From positions 2,730,001 through 2,794,000 of the forward strand of contig JASTWF010000033.1 in the NCBI GenBank assembly GCA_030390025.1: 64,000 bases of DNA. Direction: 5' to 3'. The stretch comes from Squalus acanthias. Taxonomy: Eukaryota. The notes beneath the pieces were generated by a model. That model was not told the DNA's origin and did not search any database. It worked only from the letters and a program-made list of their open reading frames with translations. A program made the position numbers and the translations under genes. Shown here piece after piece: positions 50,551 through 64,000 of this stretch. Position 1 is the first letter of the stretch; each line of letters opens with the position of its first letter.

Positions 50551-51238
50551 ACCGTTACCTTTTCACTATGGACGTCCAATCATTGCACAACTCCATCCCC
50601 CACCAGGATGGCCTGAGGGCGCTAAGCTTGTTCCTTGAACAGAGGCCCAACCAGTCTCCCCATTCAACACCACCCTCCTCCGCCTGACTGAACTTGTTCT
50701 CACATTGAACAACCTCTCCTTTGACTCCACTCACTTCCTCCAAATTAAAGGTGTTGCTATGGGAACCCGCATGGTCCCAAGCTATGCCTGCCTTTTCGTG
50801 GGATATGTGCAACATTCTTTGTTGCAGTCCTACCCTGGTGCCCTCCGTCACCTCTTTTTCCGGTACCTTGATGACTGTATTGGTTTCGTTTTCTGCTCTC
50901 GCCCTGAACTAAAAAATTTCATTCACATTGCTTCCAATTTTCACCCTTCGCTCAACATCACATGGTCCATCTCTGACACTTCTCTTCCCTTCCGCGACTT
51001 CTCTGTCTCCATTTCTGGGGATAGGCTATCAACAAACATGCACTACAAGCCCACTGACCCCCACAGCTACCTGGAATACACTTCCTTCCAAACCCGCTTC
51101 CTGTACGGGCTCTATTCCATTCTCCCAGTTTCTCCGTTTCCACCGCATCTGTTTTGACGATACCACCTTCCATACCAGTGCTTGCAACATGTCTACATAT
51201 TCCCTCATTCGAGGATTCCCCTCTACCGTGGTCAATAC

Positions 51239-54200
51239 ATAGAAACATAGAAGATAGGAGCAGGAGTAGGCCATTCAGCCCCTCGAGCCTGCTCTGCCAT
51301 TCGATGAGATCATGGCTGATCATCCAAACTCAGTACCCTGTACCTGCCTTCTCCTCATATCCCATGATACCTTTAGCTTTAAGAAATATGTCTAACTCAT
51401 TCTTGAAAATATTTAATGACTTTGCCTCAACTACCTTCTGTGGTAGAGAATTCCACAGGTTCACCACTCTTTGGGTGAAGAAATTCTTCCTCATTTCTGT
51501 CCTAAATGGCTTACCCGTTATCCTTAGATTATGACCCCTGGTTCTGGACTCTCCGACCATCAGGAACATTCTTCCTGCATCTAGTTTGTCCAGACCTGTC
51601 AGAATTTTATATGTTTCGATGAGATCCCCTCTCATTCTTCTATACTCCAGCGAGTATAAGCCCAATCGACCCAATCTCTCCTCATATGTCATTCCTGCCA
51701 TCCCAGGTATCAGCCTTGTGAATCTTCGCTGAACTCCTTCCATGGCAAGAACATCCTTCCTCAGATAAGGCGACCAAAACTGCACACAGTACTCAAGGTG
51801 TGGTCTCACCAAGGCCCTGTACAACTGCAGCAGGACATCCCTGTTCCTATACTCAAACCCTTTCGCTATGAAGGCCAACATACAATTTGCCATCTTCACC
51901 GCCTGCTGCACCTGCATGCTTACTTTCAGCGAATGGTGCACAAGGACACCTAGGTCTCGTTGCACTTCCCCTTCTCCCAATCTATTGCAATTCAGATAAT
52001 AGTCTGCCTTTCTGTTTTTGACACAAAAGTGGATAACCTCGCACTTATCCACGTTATATTGCATCTGCCACGCTTCTGCCCACTCACCCAACCTGTCTAA
52101 ATCATCCTGGAGTTTCTCGGTATCCTCCTCGCAGCACACACTCCCACCCAGCTTTGTGTCATCTGCAAACTTGGAGATATTACATTTAGTTACCTTATCT
52201 AGATGATTAATGTATATTGTGAATAGCTGGAGTCCAAGGACCGATCCCTGCGGTACCCCACTAGTCACTGCTTGCCACTCGGAAAAAGACCCATTAATTC
52301 CTACTCTCTGGTTTCTGTCCGCCAACCAGTTCTCTATCCAAGTCAATACCTTGCCCCCAATTCCAAGTGCCTTAACTTTACACGCTAATCTCTTATGCGG
52401 GACCTTATCTAAAGCCTTTTGAAAGTCCAAATACACCACATCTACTGGTTCTCCCTCATCTATTTTCCCAGTTACATCCTCAAAAAATTCCAGTAGATTA
52501 GTCAAGCACGATTTACCTTTTGTAAATCCATGTTGACTTTGTCCGATCCTGTCACTGTTATTCAAGTGCTCAGCTATCACATCCTTTATAATGGACTCTA
52601 GCATTTTCCCCACTACCGATGTCAGGCTTACCGGTCTGTAATTCCCCGCTTTCTCTCTACCACCCTTTTTGAATAGTGGGGTAACATTGGCTACCCTCCA
52701 ATCCATGGGTTCAGTTCCAGATTCCATCGAATGTTGGAAGATGATCAGCAATGCATCTACTATTTCTAGGGCCACTTCCTTAAGTACCCTAGGATGTAGA
52801 TTATCAGGCCCTGGGTATTTATCGGCCTTCAATCCCGTCAATTTCCCTAACACCATTTCCCTGCAAATACTGATTTCTTTCAATTCCTCCCTTTCATCAG
52901 ACCGTATGTTCTCCAACATCTCTGGGAGGTTATTTGTGTCCTCCTTTGTGAAGACAGAACCCAAATATGCATTTAATTGGTCTGCCATTTCTTTGTTCCC
53001 CATTATAACTTCCCCCGCTTCTGACGGCAAGGGACCTACACTTGATTTCACTAATCTTTTTCTCTTCACGTATCTATAAAAGCTCTTACAGTCAGTTTTT
53101 ATGTTCCCAGAAAGCTTACTTTCATATTCTATTTCCCCCTTCTTAATTAATCCCTTTGTCCTCCTTTGTTGAATCCTAAACTGCTCCCAATCCTCAGGGT
53201 TACCGCTTTTTCTGGCCAATTTATATGCCCTCTCCTTGGATCTTATGCTATCCCTAATTTCCCTTGTTAGCCATGGTTGAGTCACCCTTTTTGTTTTATT
53301 CTTATGCCACACTGGGATGAACAAATTCTGTAGTTCATCCATGCAGTCTTTGAATGTTTGACATTGCCTATCCACCGTCAACCCCTTGAGTGACATTCCC
53401 CAATCAATCCTACCCAATTCGCGCCTAATACGATCGTAGTTTCCTTTACTTAAATTCAGGACCCTAGTCTCTGATTCAACGACATCACTCTCCATCCTAA
53501 TGAAGAATTCTATCATATTATGATCACTCTGATCCAAGGGGCCTCGTACAAAAAGATTGCTAATTAATCCTTTCTCGTTACATAATACCCAGTCTCTGTT
53601 TGGTTCCTCGACATAATGGCCCAAAAATTCGTGAGGAAGCCTTCGTGCGAGGGTAAGGCTTCTACGCGATCTCTCACTGCGCGTTGGCTTTTTCAGTTCC
53701 AGCTCGCACAAACTTGATGTTCTGGACAGCTGCTGTGCTGGGCTTGCGTATCCCACCGGCGTAGTTAATTCGTGCGAGCTGTGGGATCACGTGACTCAGT
53801 TAGAGCCAATGGCAGCACACCATCTTCCATTCATAACTTTCACATAAGTGCTGTGAAAGTTATGAATACTATAGCCCCCCAAAAGAACCGCTAAACCTCA
53901 ATTAAATTAAAAAAAACCATCACATTAATAAAATAAATATAGTTAAATAAATTAACCATTTTAAATAAAAAATTAAATTTTTGAAAAAAATTAAAATCTT
54001 TTAAAAAGTTATAAAAATAAACTTACCTGTCTTTAAAGTCTCTAAAAAAGATATACCTGTTAAAAAAAATCAAAATAATACTTAATTCACTACTTACCTT
54101 GTTAAAAGTGGGTCTTACTCCTCCTTTTTTTATGTGTAGAATCTTCCGTACTTACCTGTGCGTTGAAACCACTAAGTGCACAGCGTGCGCGCAGCCTGTA

Positions 54201-55417
54201 GCGCGCACGCGGTTCACCTAGGACCCGCCCCCTTTTCCATTCACTAAGTGCCGGTTTTCAGCGCATGCGCAGTGCATGCAGAAAACCGGCAATTGGAGAC
54301 AGAATACGCGAGAGTACGCAGTGCGTACTCTCGCGTAGCGGCACTAATTTTTGGGCCATTGTTCCAGAAAACCATCTCGTAAACATTCTAGGAATTCCTC
54401 CTCCACAGTATTTTTACTAATTTGGTTAGCCCAATCTATATGTAAATTAAATTCACCCATGATGACTGCTGTGCCCTTACTGCATGCTTCTCTAATTTCC
54501 CTTTTAATGCCATCCCCAACCTCCGTATTACTGTTTGGAGGTCTATATACCACTCCCACTAACGTTTTCTGCCCCTTGTTATTTCTCAGTTCTACCAATA
54601 CAGATTCCACATCATCAGAGCTAATATCCTTCCTTTCAATTGTGTTAATCCCCTCTTTAACCAGCAATGCTACCCCACCTCACTTTCTTTTTTGCCTATC
54701 TTTCCTAAATATTGAATAACCCTGGATGTTGAGTTCCCAGCCTTGGCCACCCTGGAGCCATGTTTCTGTAATCCCAATCAAATCGTATTCATTTACCTCT
54801 ATTTGCGCAGCTAATTCATCCACCTTGTTCCGAATGCTCCTTGCATGAAGACACAAAGCATTCGGGCTTGTTTTTTTAACCCTCTCAGACCGATATGAAT
54901 TATTATTTACTGTGACCATGTTTGATTTAAACCGTTGAGTTCTTTGCCTTCTACTTTTGTTTTTCTCCTTCCTGTCTTTAGCTTTTATCCTTGTTTCCCT
55001 TTCCTCTGTCTCCCTGCTCATCTTCCCAATCCCCTGCCACTTTAGTTTAAACCCTCCCCAACAGCACTAGCAAACACTCCCCCTAGGACATCGGTCCCGG
55101 CCCTGCCCAGGTGCAGACCGTTCCGTTTGTACTGGTCCCACCTCCCCCAGAACCGGTTCCAATGTCCAAGGAATATGAATCCCTCCCCCTCTGCACCATT
55201 CCTCTAGCCACGTATTCATTTGAAATATCCTACTATTTCTACACTGACTAGCACGTGGCACTGGTAGCAATCCTGAGATTACTACCTTTGAGGTAATCTT
55301 TTTTAATTTAACTCCTAACTCCCTATATTCTGCTTTTAGGACCTCATCCCGTTTTTTACCAATATCGTTGATGCCTATGTGCACCACGACAACTGGCTGC
55401 TCGCCCTCCCCCTCCAA
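51239..55417 (-). mobile_element. Young CR1 LINE, truncated in ORF1 esterase, near-intact ORF2
   Basis: Open RT frame 51330-53617 with FADD; APE 54358-54850; esterase 55067-55417; candidate TSD AATAC at 51234-51238 and 55418-55422. Confidence 0.95.
53618..54357. mobile_element. MITE family A copy 5 in CR1 endonuclease
   Basis: TIRs GGCCCAAAAATT / AATTTTTGGGCC; flanks AAT and ATT; CR1 DGFLEQ|YVEEP resumes. Confidence 0.92.
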
Positions 55418-56283
55418 AATACGGCCCTTGAACGTCTCCGTTCCATTTCCCGCACTTCTGCTCTCACTCATTCCTCTCCCTCCCAAAACTCTCCCCTTTT
55501 CCTCAACTTTCACCCCACCAGCCTCCACATTCAATGGATCATCATATGCCATTTTCGCCGCCTCCAGCGTGATCCCACCAACAAATGCTTCTTCACCTCC
55601 CCTCCACTTCCAGCATTCCGAAGGGACCGCACCCTCTGTGACACCCTGTTCAACTCCTCAATCACCCCCAACAGCATTCCCCTTTGCCCGGCACCTTCCC
55701 GTGCATGCGCAGGAGAGGCAACACCTGCGCTTTTACCTCCTCCCTTCCCACTGTCCAGGGCCCCAAACACTCCTTCCAGGTAAAACAGCGATTTACTTGT
55801 ACTTCTTGCAATTTATACCACTCTATTCGCTGTTCACGATGTGGTCTGCTCTATATTGAAGAGACCAAAGGCAGATTAGGTGACTACTTTGTGGAAACCT
55901 CCGGTCATACCGTACAGGGTACCTCGAGATACCTGTCACCTGTCACTTTAATTCTCCGCTCCACTCCCACTCTGAACTCTCTGTCCACGGCCTCTTTCAC
56001 TGTTCCAAAGAAGCGCAACATAAGCTCGAGTAACAGCACCTCATCTTCCGATTAGGCACTTTAGAGCCTACTGGACTCAACATTGATTTTAACAATTTCA
56101 GCCAATACCCTCTGCCTCTATTTCTTCACATGGCAGCTGTTGATGATTCTGCCATCCACATTTGCAACATTTAGTCACTACTGCATTCCCCCTACCACAG
56201 ACCGTCCCTTTAGTTATTTCCTCCCCTTCCTCTTTCCCAGCCTCTGCACCTGCTTAAAACATGTTACATCTCTCACTTTTTCC

Positions 56284-56319
56284 AGTTCTGATGTAGGGCA
56301 CAGACCTGAAACGTTAACT
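56284..56319 (+). ncRNA. Minimal hammerhead motif with core mutation
   Basis: AGTT-CTGATGT-AGGGCACAGACCT-GAAA-CGTT-AACT; last A of CTGANGA replaced by T. Confidence 0.55.
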
Positions 56320-56429
56320 CTGTTTCTCTCTCCACGGATGCTGCCTGACCTGGTGAGTATTTCCAGCATTTTCTGTTCTTATTTCAGATTTCCAGCAACG
56401 GCAGTATTTTGCTAACTTATAATCATTTT

Positions 56430-57572
56430 AAACAGACAGGAGCAGTCACACAGGCAATTTAAAGAGAGACGAACAGAAAAGCTGTTCTTTCAAAAAGACG
56501 GGAGCAGTCACACAGGCTTTTAAAAGAAACAGGAACAGACACACGGGCTTTTGAAATAGATAAGACCAGTTACAGATGCTTTTTAAAGTGAATGAAACAG
56601 TCACACAGGATTTTTAAAGAGACAGAACCAGACATACAGACTTTTTAAATATAGAAAAAGACAAAAATAGGAGCAGGGGTGGGCATTCGACCCTTCGAAC
56701 ATGTTTTGCCATTCAATATGATCATGGCTGATCCTTGATCGCAATGCCATATTCCCGGTCTCTCCCCATAACCCTTGATAACTTTTATGTCTAGAAATCT
56801 ATCTATCTCCTTCTTAAATATATTCAATGACTTGGCATCTACAGCCTTCTGTGGTAGAGAATTCCACAGGTTCACCACCCTCCGAGTGAAGATATTCTTC
56901 ACATCTCAGTCCTAAATATCCTACCCTGTAGCGTGAGACTGAGACCCCTCGTTCTAGATCCCCCACCCCCGCCCCCGCAGACAGAGGAAACATCCTTCCT
57001 GCATCCAGTCTGTCTAGCCCTGTCAGAATTGTGTACGTTTCAATGAGATCCCCTCTCATTCTTTTTAAAGAGACAAGACCAGTCACACAGGCTTTATAAA
57101 GAGAAAGGTCCAGTCAAACTGGCATTTTAAAGAGACAGGACCATTCACACAGGCTTTTAAAGATAAAGGACCAGTAACATTGGCATTTTAAAGAGACAGG
57201 ACCCATCAAGAATGCTTTTTTCAAGAGACAGATTCTGTCACAAAGGTTTTTAAAGAGACAGGACCAGACACACAGGGTATTTAACGAGACAGAACCAGTC
57301 AGACAGTCTTTTTACGGACACAGGACCAGACACACAGGCTTTGAAAGAGACAGAACCAGTCACAGAGTCTTTGTGGAGACAGGGCCAGTCACACAGGCTT
57401 CTTAAAGAGACAGGACCAATCACACAGACTTTTTAAAGAGTGAGGCCCAGTCACACAGGCTTTCTAGAGATACAGGACCAGTCACACAGAATTTTAAAGA
57501 GACAGGTCGTATTACACAGGCTTTTTAAAGAGATAGGAGCAGTCACACAGGCATTTTGAACGAGACAGGAGC
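56430..57572. repeat. Diverged satellite blocks, interrupted by a minus-strand CR1 3' fragment (~56649-57060)
   Basis: Degenerate 30-31-bp units either side of RMRGDLIETY...RVVNLWNSL. Confidence 0.85.
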
Positions 57573-57579
57573 ACATTAC

Positions 57580-59020
57580 AGGAAGGCATGTGATCTCACT
57601 GGAGGTGTTGCAGAGAAGAATTAACAGAATGTTGCCTTGGCTGGGGAATTTTAGCTATGAGGAAATATTGGATAGGCTGTGGTAGTTTTCTTTGTAACAG
57701 AGGACGATGAGGGGAGACCTAATTGAGGTGTATAAAATTATGAGGGGCATAGATAGAGTGGATAGGTAGGAGCTATTTCCCATAGCAGAAGGGTCAATAA
57801 CCGGGTGTCCTAGATTTCAAGTAATTGGGCAGAGGTTTAGTGGGGAGTTGAGGAGAAAGCTTTTCACCTAGAGGGAGGTGGGGGTCTGGAACTCACTGCC
57901 TGAAAGGGTGGTAGATGCAGAGATCCTCATCACATTTAAAAAGTACTTGAATATGCACTTGACATGCCATAATCTACAAGGCTACGGAACAATTGCAGGA
58001 AATTGGGATTAGGATTGATAGCTCTTTGTGGGAGGGTCTGGGTGGGAGTGTGTGAGGAGGAAGCCGAGATACTCCAGTATGATTTGGACAGATTGGGTGA
58101 TTGGGCAGAATCATGGCCGATGCAATATAATGTGGATAAATGCGAAGTTATCCACTTTGGTGTCAAAAAGAGGAAGGCAGATTATTACCTGAATGGCAAT
58201 AGATTGGGAGAAGGGGAAGTGCAACGAGACCTGGGTGTCCTTGTGCACCAGTCGCTGAAGGTAAGCATGCAGGTGCAGCAGGCGGTTAAGAAGGCAAATG
58301 GTATATTGGCCTACGTAGCGAAAGGGTTCGAGTACAGGAACAAGGATGTCTTGCTACAGTTGTACAGGGCCTTGGTGAGACCACATCTTGAGTATTGTGT
58401 GCAGTTTTGGTCGCCTTATCTGAGGAAGGATGTTCTTGCCATGGAGGGAGTGCAGCGAAGATGCACCAGGCTGATACCTGGGATGGCAGGAATGACATAT
58501 GATGAGAGATTGGGTCGATTGGGCTTATACTCGCTGGAGTTTAGAAGAATGAGAGGGGATCTCATTGAAACTTATACAATTCTAACAGGACTAGACAGAC
58601 TAGATGCAGGAAGGATGTTCCCGATGGCCGGGGAGTCCAGAACCAGGGGTCACAGTCTAAGGATAAGAGGTAAGCCATTTAGGACTGAGATGAGGAGGAA
58701 TTTCTTCACCCAGAGAGTGGTGAACCTGTGGAATTCTCTACCACAGAAGGCAGTTGAGGCCAATTCATTAAATATATTCAAGATGTAGTTAGATATATTT
58801 CTTAAAGCTGAAGGGATCAAGGGATATGGGGTGAACGCAGGGACAGGGTACTGAATTTGGATGATCAGCCAATATCTCATTGAATGGCGGAGCAGGCTCG
58901 AGGGGCCGAATGTCCTACTCCTGCTCCTATCTTCTATGTTTCTATGTTTCTATGTCAGCCGGCATGGACAAGAGGTGTGGAATGGCCTCCTTCTGTGCTA
59001 TAAATTTCTATGAATCTGTG
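57580..59020 (+). mobile_element. Older CR1 3' end with a younger CR1 (~58046-58954) nested in its 3' UTR
   Basis: ORF 58003-58788 RT C-terminus; TTCTATGT tail at 58932-58954; the older tail resumes and ends TTCTATGAATCTGTGA. Confidence 0.82.
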
Positions 59021-59057
59021 ACCTGCATTTTAAATCCCAGTCACACGTTATTTTTAA

Positions 59058-60405
59058 CAACAACAACATCGATGTCTATTTATAGAGCGCTTTTAACGTA
59101 GTAAAATGTCCCAAGGTGCTGCACAGGAGTATCTTAAGACAAAAAAATTGACACCGATCCACATAAGGATAAATTAGGGCAGGTGACCAAAAGCTTGGTC
59201 AAAGAGGTGGGCTTAAAGGAACGTCTTAAAGGAGGAGAGAGATGTAGCGAGTTGGAGGGACTTAGGGAGGGAATTCCAGAGCTTAGGGTCCAGGCAACAG
59301 AAGGCACGGCCAGCAATGGTTGAGCGATTATAATCAGGGATGCTCAAGTGGGCAGAATTAGAGGAGCACAGATATCTCGGGGGGTTTTGGGGCTAAAGGA
59401 GATTACAGAGATAGGGAGGGGCGAGGCCGTGGAGGGATTTGAAAACAAAGATGAGAAATCTGAACGCGAGGTGCTACTTCACCGAGAGCCAGTGTAGGTC
59501 AGCGAGCACAGGGGTGATGGGCGAACGGGAATTGGAGCGAGTTAGGACACAGGCAGCCGAGTTTTGGATGACTTCAAGTTTACGTAGGGTGGAATGTGGG
59601 AGGCCAGCCAGGTGTGCGTTGGAATAGTCAAGTCTAGAGGTAACAACGGCATGGATGAGGTTTTCAGCAGCGGATGAGCTGAGGCAAGTTCGGAGACGGG
59701 CGATGTTATGCGGGTGGAAGTAGGCGGTCTTTGTTATGCTGCGGATATGTGGTCGGAAGCTCATTTCCGGGTCAAATATGACACCAAGGTTGCGAACAGT
59801 GTAGTTCAGCCTCAGACAGATGTTAGGGAGTGGGATGGAGTCAGTGGCTAGTGAACGGAGTTTGTGGCGGGGAATGAAAACAATGTTTTCGATCTTCCAA
59901 TATTTAATTGGAGAACATTTTTGCTCATCCAGAACTGGAAAAGCGGTCTGACAATTTAGAGACCGTGGAGGGGTCGAGAGAAGAGGTGGTGAGTGAGAGC
60001 TCGGTGTCGTCAGAGTACATGTGGAAACTGTAGCTGTGTTTTCGGCTGATGTCACCAAGGGGCAATATGTAGATGAGAAATAGGAGGGGCCAAGGATAGA
60101 TCCTTGGGAGACATCAGAGGTAACGATGCGCGAGCGGGAAGAGAAGCCGTTGCAGGTGATTATCTGGCTATGATTAGATAGATAAGAAAGGAACCAGGCG
60201 AGTGCAGTCTCACCCAGTTGGACGACAGAGGAGAGGTGTTGGAGAAGGATGGAGTGGTCAACCGTGTCAAAGGCTGCAGACAAGTCAAGAAGGAGGAGGA
60301 AGGATAGTTTACCTATGTCACAGTCACAAAGGAGGTCATTTGTGGCTTTGATGAGAGCCGTTTCGGTCCTGTGGGAAGTTCAGAAACCTGATTGGAGGGA
60401 TTCGA
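59058..60405 (-). mobile_element. L2-type LINE 3' part
   Basis: LDLSAAFDTVDH, QGSILGP, VRNLGVIFD, SRLDYSN, HWL; (AAC)n tail. Confidence 0.9.
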
Positions 60406-60407
60406 AC

Positions 60408-61046
60408 AGGCATTTTAAAGAGGCAGAACCAGTCACACAGGCATTTTAAAGTGACAGAAGCAGACACACGGGCTTTTGAAAGAGATAGGACCAGTCACAC
60501 AGGCATTTTAAAGAGACAGGGCCAGTCATACATGCTTTTTGACGAGACAGAACCAGTCACACAGGCATTTTAAAGAGACAGGGCCAGTCATACATGTTTT
60601 TTAAAGAGACAGAATCATTCACACAGGCATTTTAAAGAGACATTTCCTGAAAGGGTGATAGAGGCAGGAATCCTCACAACATTTAAGAAGCATTTAGATG
60701 TGCACTTCAAAGGCCATAGCATACAAGGCTACGGACCAAGTACTGGAAAATGGGATTAGAATAGACAGGGCTTGATGGCCGCCGCGGACACGATGGGCCG
60801 AAAGGCCTCTTTCTGTGCTGTATAACTCTATGACTCTATGACATGAACAGTCAGACAGGCATTTTAAGAGACAGGACCAGTGACATAGGCATTTCAAAGA
60901 GACAGAGCCAGTCATACAGGCATCTTAAGAGACAGGACCAGTCACACAGGCATTTTAAAGTGACAGAAGCAGACACACGGCTTTTTAAAGAGTCAGGGCC
61001 AGTCACACGTTATTTTTGAAGAGACAGGACCATTCAGACAGGCTTT
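60408..61046. repeat. Diverged satellite blocks, interrupted by a plus-strand CR1 3' tail (~60645-60840)
   Basis: Degenerate units; CTATGACT tail. Confidence 0.85.
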
Positions 61047-61049
61047 TAT

Positions 61050-64000
61050 AATAACAAAAGATATAGGAGCCATTCGAGCCTTTTAAGCCATTCAATAAGA
61101 TCATGGCTGATGTTCTACCTCATCTCCACTTTCATGAACAATCACCACAACCCTTTATTCCCTTAATATTCAAAAATCTATTGATCTCTGCCTTGAATAT
61201 ACGCAACGACTGAGCAACCACAGCCCACTGGGTTAGAGATTTCCAAAGATTCACCAAACCTCTGAGTGAAGAAATTTCTCCTCATCTCAGTCCTAAATGG
61301 CCGTTCCCTTATTCTGATATTCTGAACCCTGGTTCTTGACTCCACAGCCAGGGGAAACATCCACCTTGCATCTACCCTGTCAAGCACTTTAAGAATATTG
61401 TATGTTTCAATGAGATTACCTCTCATTCTTCAAAAATTTAGAGAATATAGGCCTAGTCTACTCAATCTGTGATCATAGGACAATCCCCGCATCCCAGTAA
61501 CCAGCCTGGTGAACCTTCGTTGCACTCCCTCTATGGCAAATATATCCTTCCTTAGGTAAGGAGACCAAAACTGTACACAATACTCCAGGTGTGGTCTCAC
61601 GAGAGCCCTATATAATTGCAGTAAGACGTATTTACTCCAATGCTCAAATCCTATTTTCATAAAGGCCAACATACAATATGCTTTCCTAATTGCTCGCTCT
61701 ACCTGCATGTTAACTTAAGTGATTCATGTACAAAGACACCCAGGTCCCTCTGAACACCAACATTTCCCAATCACTCACCATTTAAAAAATACTCTGCTTT
61801 TCTATTTTGCCGAGAAAAGTGGATAACATTTCTCCGCATTATATTCAATTTGCCATGTTCTTGCCCAGTCACTTAGCCTGTCTATATTCCCTTGAAGCCT
61901 CCTTGCATCCTCCTCACAACTTACATTCCCACCCCACTTTGTATCATCGATACAAAGCGGGGTGGGAATATTTAATATATTATATTTGGTCCCCTCATCC
62001 AAATCATCGATGTAGAATGTGAATTGCTGAGGCCCAAGCACTGATCCTTGCGGTACCCCAGCATTTACAACCCGTTAATTACCCGTTTATTCCTACTTTC
62101 TGTTATCTGTCCGTTAACCAATCCTCAATCCATGCTATTATATTACCCCCAATTCTATGAGCCCTAATTTTGTTTAATAACCTCTTGTGTAGCACCTTAT
62201 CGAATGCCTTCTGAAAATCCAAATACACCACATCCATACGTTCCCATTGGTTCCCCTTATCTATTAACAAACTCAAAGAACTCTTAACAGATTTGTCAAA
62301 CATGATTTCCATTTCATAAATCAGTGTTGACTCTGCCCAATCGTTTTATTATTTTCTAAGTGCCCTGTTACCACGTCCTTAATAATATATTCTAGCATTT
62401 TAGCTACTACTGATGTCAGGCTAACTGGTATTCAGTTCCCTGTTTACTCTCTCCCTCCTATCTTAACAACCAATGCATCAACTATTTATATAGTCAATTC
62501 TTTCAAAACCCTAGGATGTAGGCTAACAGTTACAGGGGATTTATCGGCTTTCAGTCACGTTATTTTTTCCAGTACTACTTTTTTACTGATACTAATATCT
62601 TTTAGTTCCTCATTCTCGCTAGTCCCATGGTTGTCCATCATTTCTGGGAAGTTTTTTGCGTCTTCTTCCGTGAAGACAGACACAAAGTACTTTTTTAATT
62701 TCTCTGTTATTTCCTTAATCCCCATTATAATTTCTCCTGTCTCAGACTGTAAGGGACACACATCAACTTTCGCTAATCTTTTCCTTTTTACATACCTATA
62801 GAAGTTTTTACAATCTGTTTTTATGTCTCTCGCTGGATTACTCTCATATTCTTTTTTCAATTTCTGTATCAATCTCTTGGTCCTCCTTTTCTGAATTCTA
62901 AAATCGGCCCAATCCTCAAGCTTACACTCTTCGTGGCAACATTATAAGCCTCTTCCTTTGATCTAATACTATGTTTAACTTCTCTTGTTATCCACGTTGG
63001 ACCACTTTTCCTTTTGTTTTTTTTGCCTTAAAGGTATGTATATTTCTTGTAAATTATGTGTTAATTATTTTAATGCTAGCCATTGCTTGATCACTGTCAT
63101 ACCTTTTAATGTAGTTTCCCAAACTACATTAGCCAACTCGCCTCTCATATCTAAGTAGTTTGCTTTGTTTAGATTTAAGACCCTAGTTTCGGATTTAAAT
63201 AAGTCACTTTCAAACTCAATATAAAATTATATCTTATTGTGGTCACTCTCCCCTAAAGGCCCCTTTACTACAAGGTTATTAATTAACCTTTTCTCGTTGC
63301 ACAATAGTAGATCTGAAATAGCCTGTCCCGTAGTTAATTCCTCAACATACTGATCTAGAAAACTATCTTGAATGCATTGCATGAATTCGTCCTCCACACT
63401 ATTACGGGAAATTTGGCTTGCCCAGTCTATTAGATTACTATATTACCCTTGCTCCATGCGCCTCTAATTGCCTGATGTATACTTTGCCCTACATTACAAC
63501 TACTGTTTGGGGGCTTATAAACAACTCCCACCAATATTTTGCCCCTTGCTCTTTCTTAGCTCCAACCGAAGTGATTCTACTTCTTGATTTTCATGCTAAG
63601 ATCCTTTCTCTCTCCTGTCTTTATCCCACCTTTATTATCAGGGCGACCCCTCCTCCTTTTCCATTTTGCCTATCCCTTCTGAAAGTTATGTATCTTAGAA
63701 TATTTAGTTGCCAACTTTGGCCACTTTGCAATTACGTCTCGGTAATGGCTCGTAGATCAAAACTGTTCATTTCTATATTGCGTTATTATTTCATTCAATT
63801 TTATTGAGAACGCTTCGCGCATTCAGATATAGTGCCGTTAGCTTTCACTTATTTCTCTTTTTCCCTGATGTCACCCTAGTCACTGATGCCTTATTACCTT
63901 TGTTACTCTCTCTGTCCCGTACTGATCCGCTCTTCTGATTTTTACCCAAAACTCTACTCTGCTCTCGAGCCTTGACATTTCTATCATTGCTTTTAAATTT
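61050..64000 (-). mobile_element. Decayed CR1 ORF2
   Basis: RT and APE remnants (LEYCVQFWSP, DFQKAFDKV, IKTDCKNFYRY). Confidence 0.88.

Larger units (their letters stand above)
50555..56415 (+). mobile_element. Penelope-like element (RT + GIY-YIG) split by CR1 51239-55417
   Basis: MDVQSL; GVAMGTRM.PSYACLFVG; FRYLDD RT; resumes at 55418 with CSRCGLLYIEETK. Confidence 0.9.

Noticed and set aside
51330..53756. 808-aa ORF as a novel gene or active LINE
   Set aside because: The N-terminal ~46 aa are MITE read-through, the endonuclease is split by the MITE, and ORF1 is truncated

Overview
Eukaryotic, repeat-saturated vertebrate DNA, most likely from a cartilaginous fish (inferred from abundant CR1 LINEs, a DeuSINE/SacSINE1-like SINE and two-exon GPR139-like genes). 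Host genes: a pseudogenised exon 2 of a GPR139-like GPCR (1060-2816) and an open exon 1 of the next paralogue (32898-33105), whose intron appears to run past the window end. The centrepiece is a decayed but essentially complete minus-strand endogenous retrovirus (16086-30479). It has LTRs, a tRNA-Lys3 PBS, a coiled-coil/CCHC Gag, and pro-RT-tether-RNaseH-IN. Its ~800-aa Env has an Ig-like domain, an RPKR furin site and a long Cys-rich TM subunit. This architecture fits a lokiretrovirus. Its LTRs are divergent and its flanks mismatched. Five copies of a ~750-bp PIF/Harbinger-like MITE with AWT target duplications carry promoter motifs and splice donors. Three Penelope-like fragments end in minimal hammerhead ribozyme motifs. 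A 30-31-bp satellite at 40.5-61 kb is split by nested retroelements. Boundaries were read by eye and may be off by a few to tens of bases.
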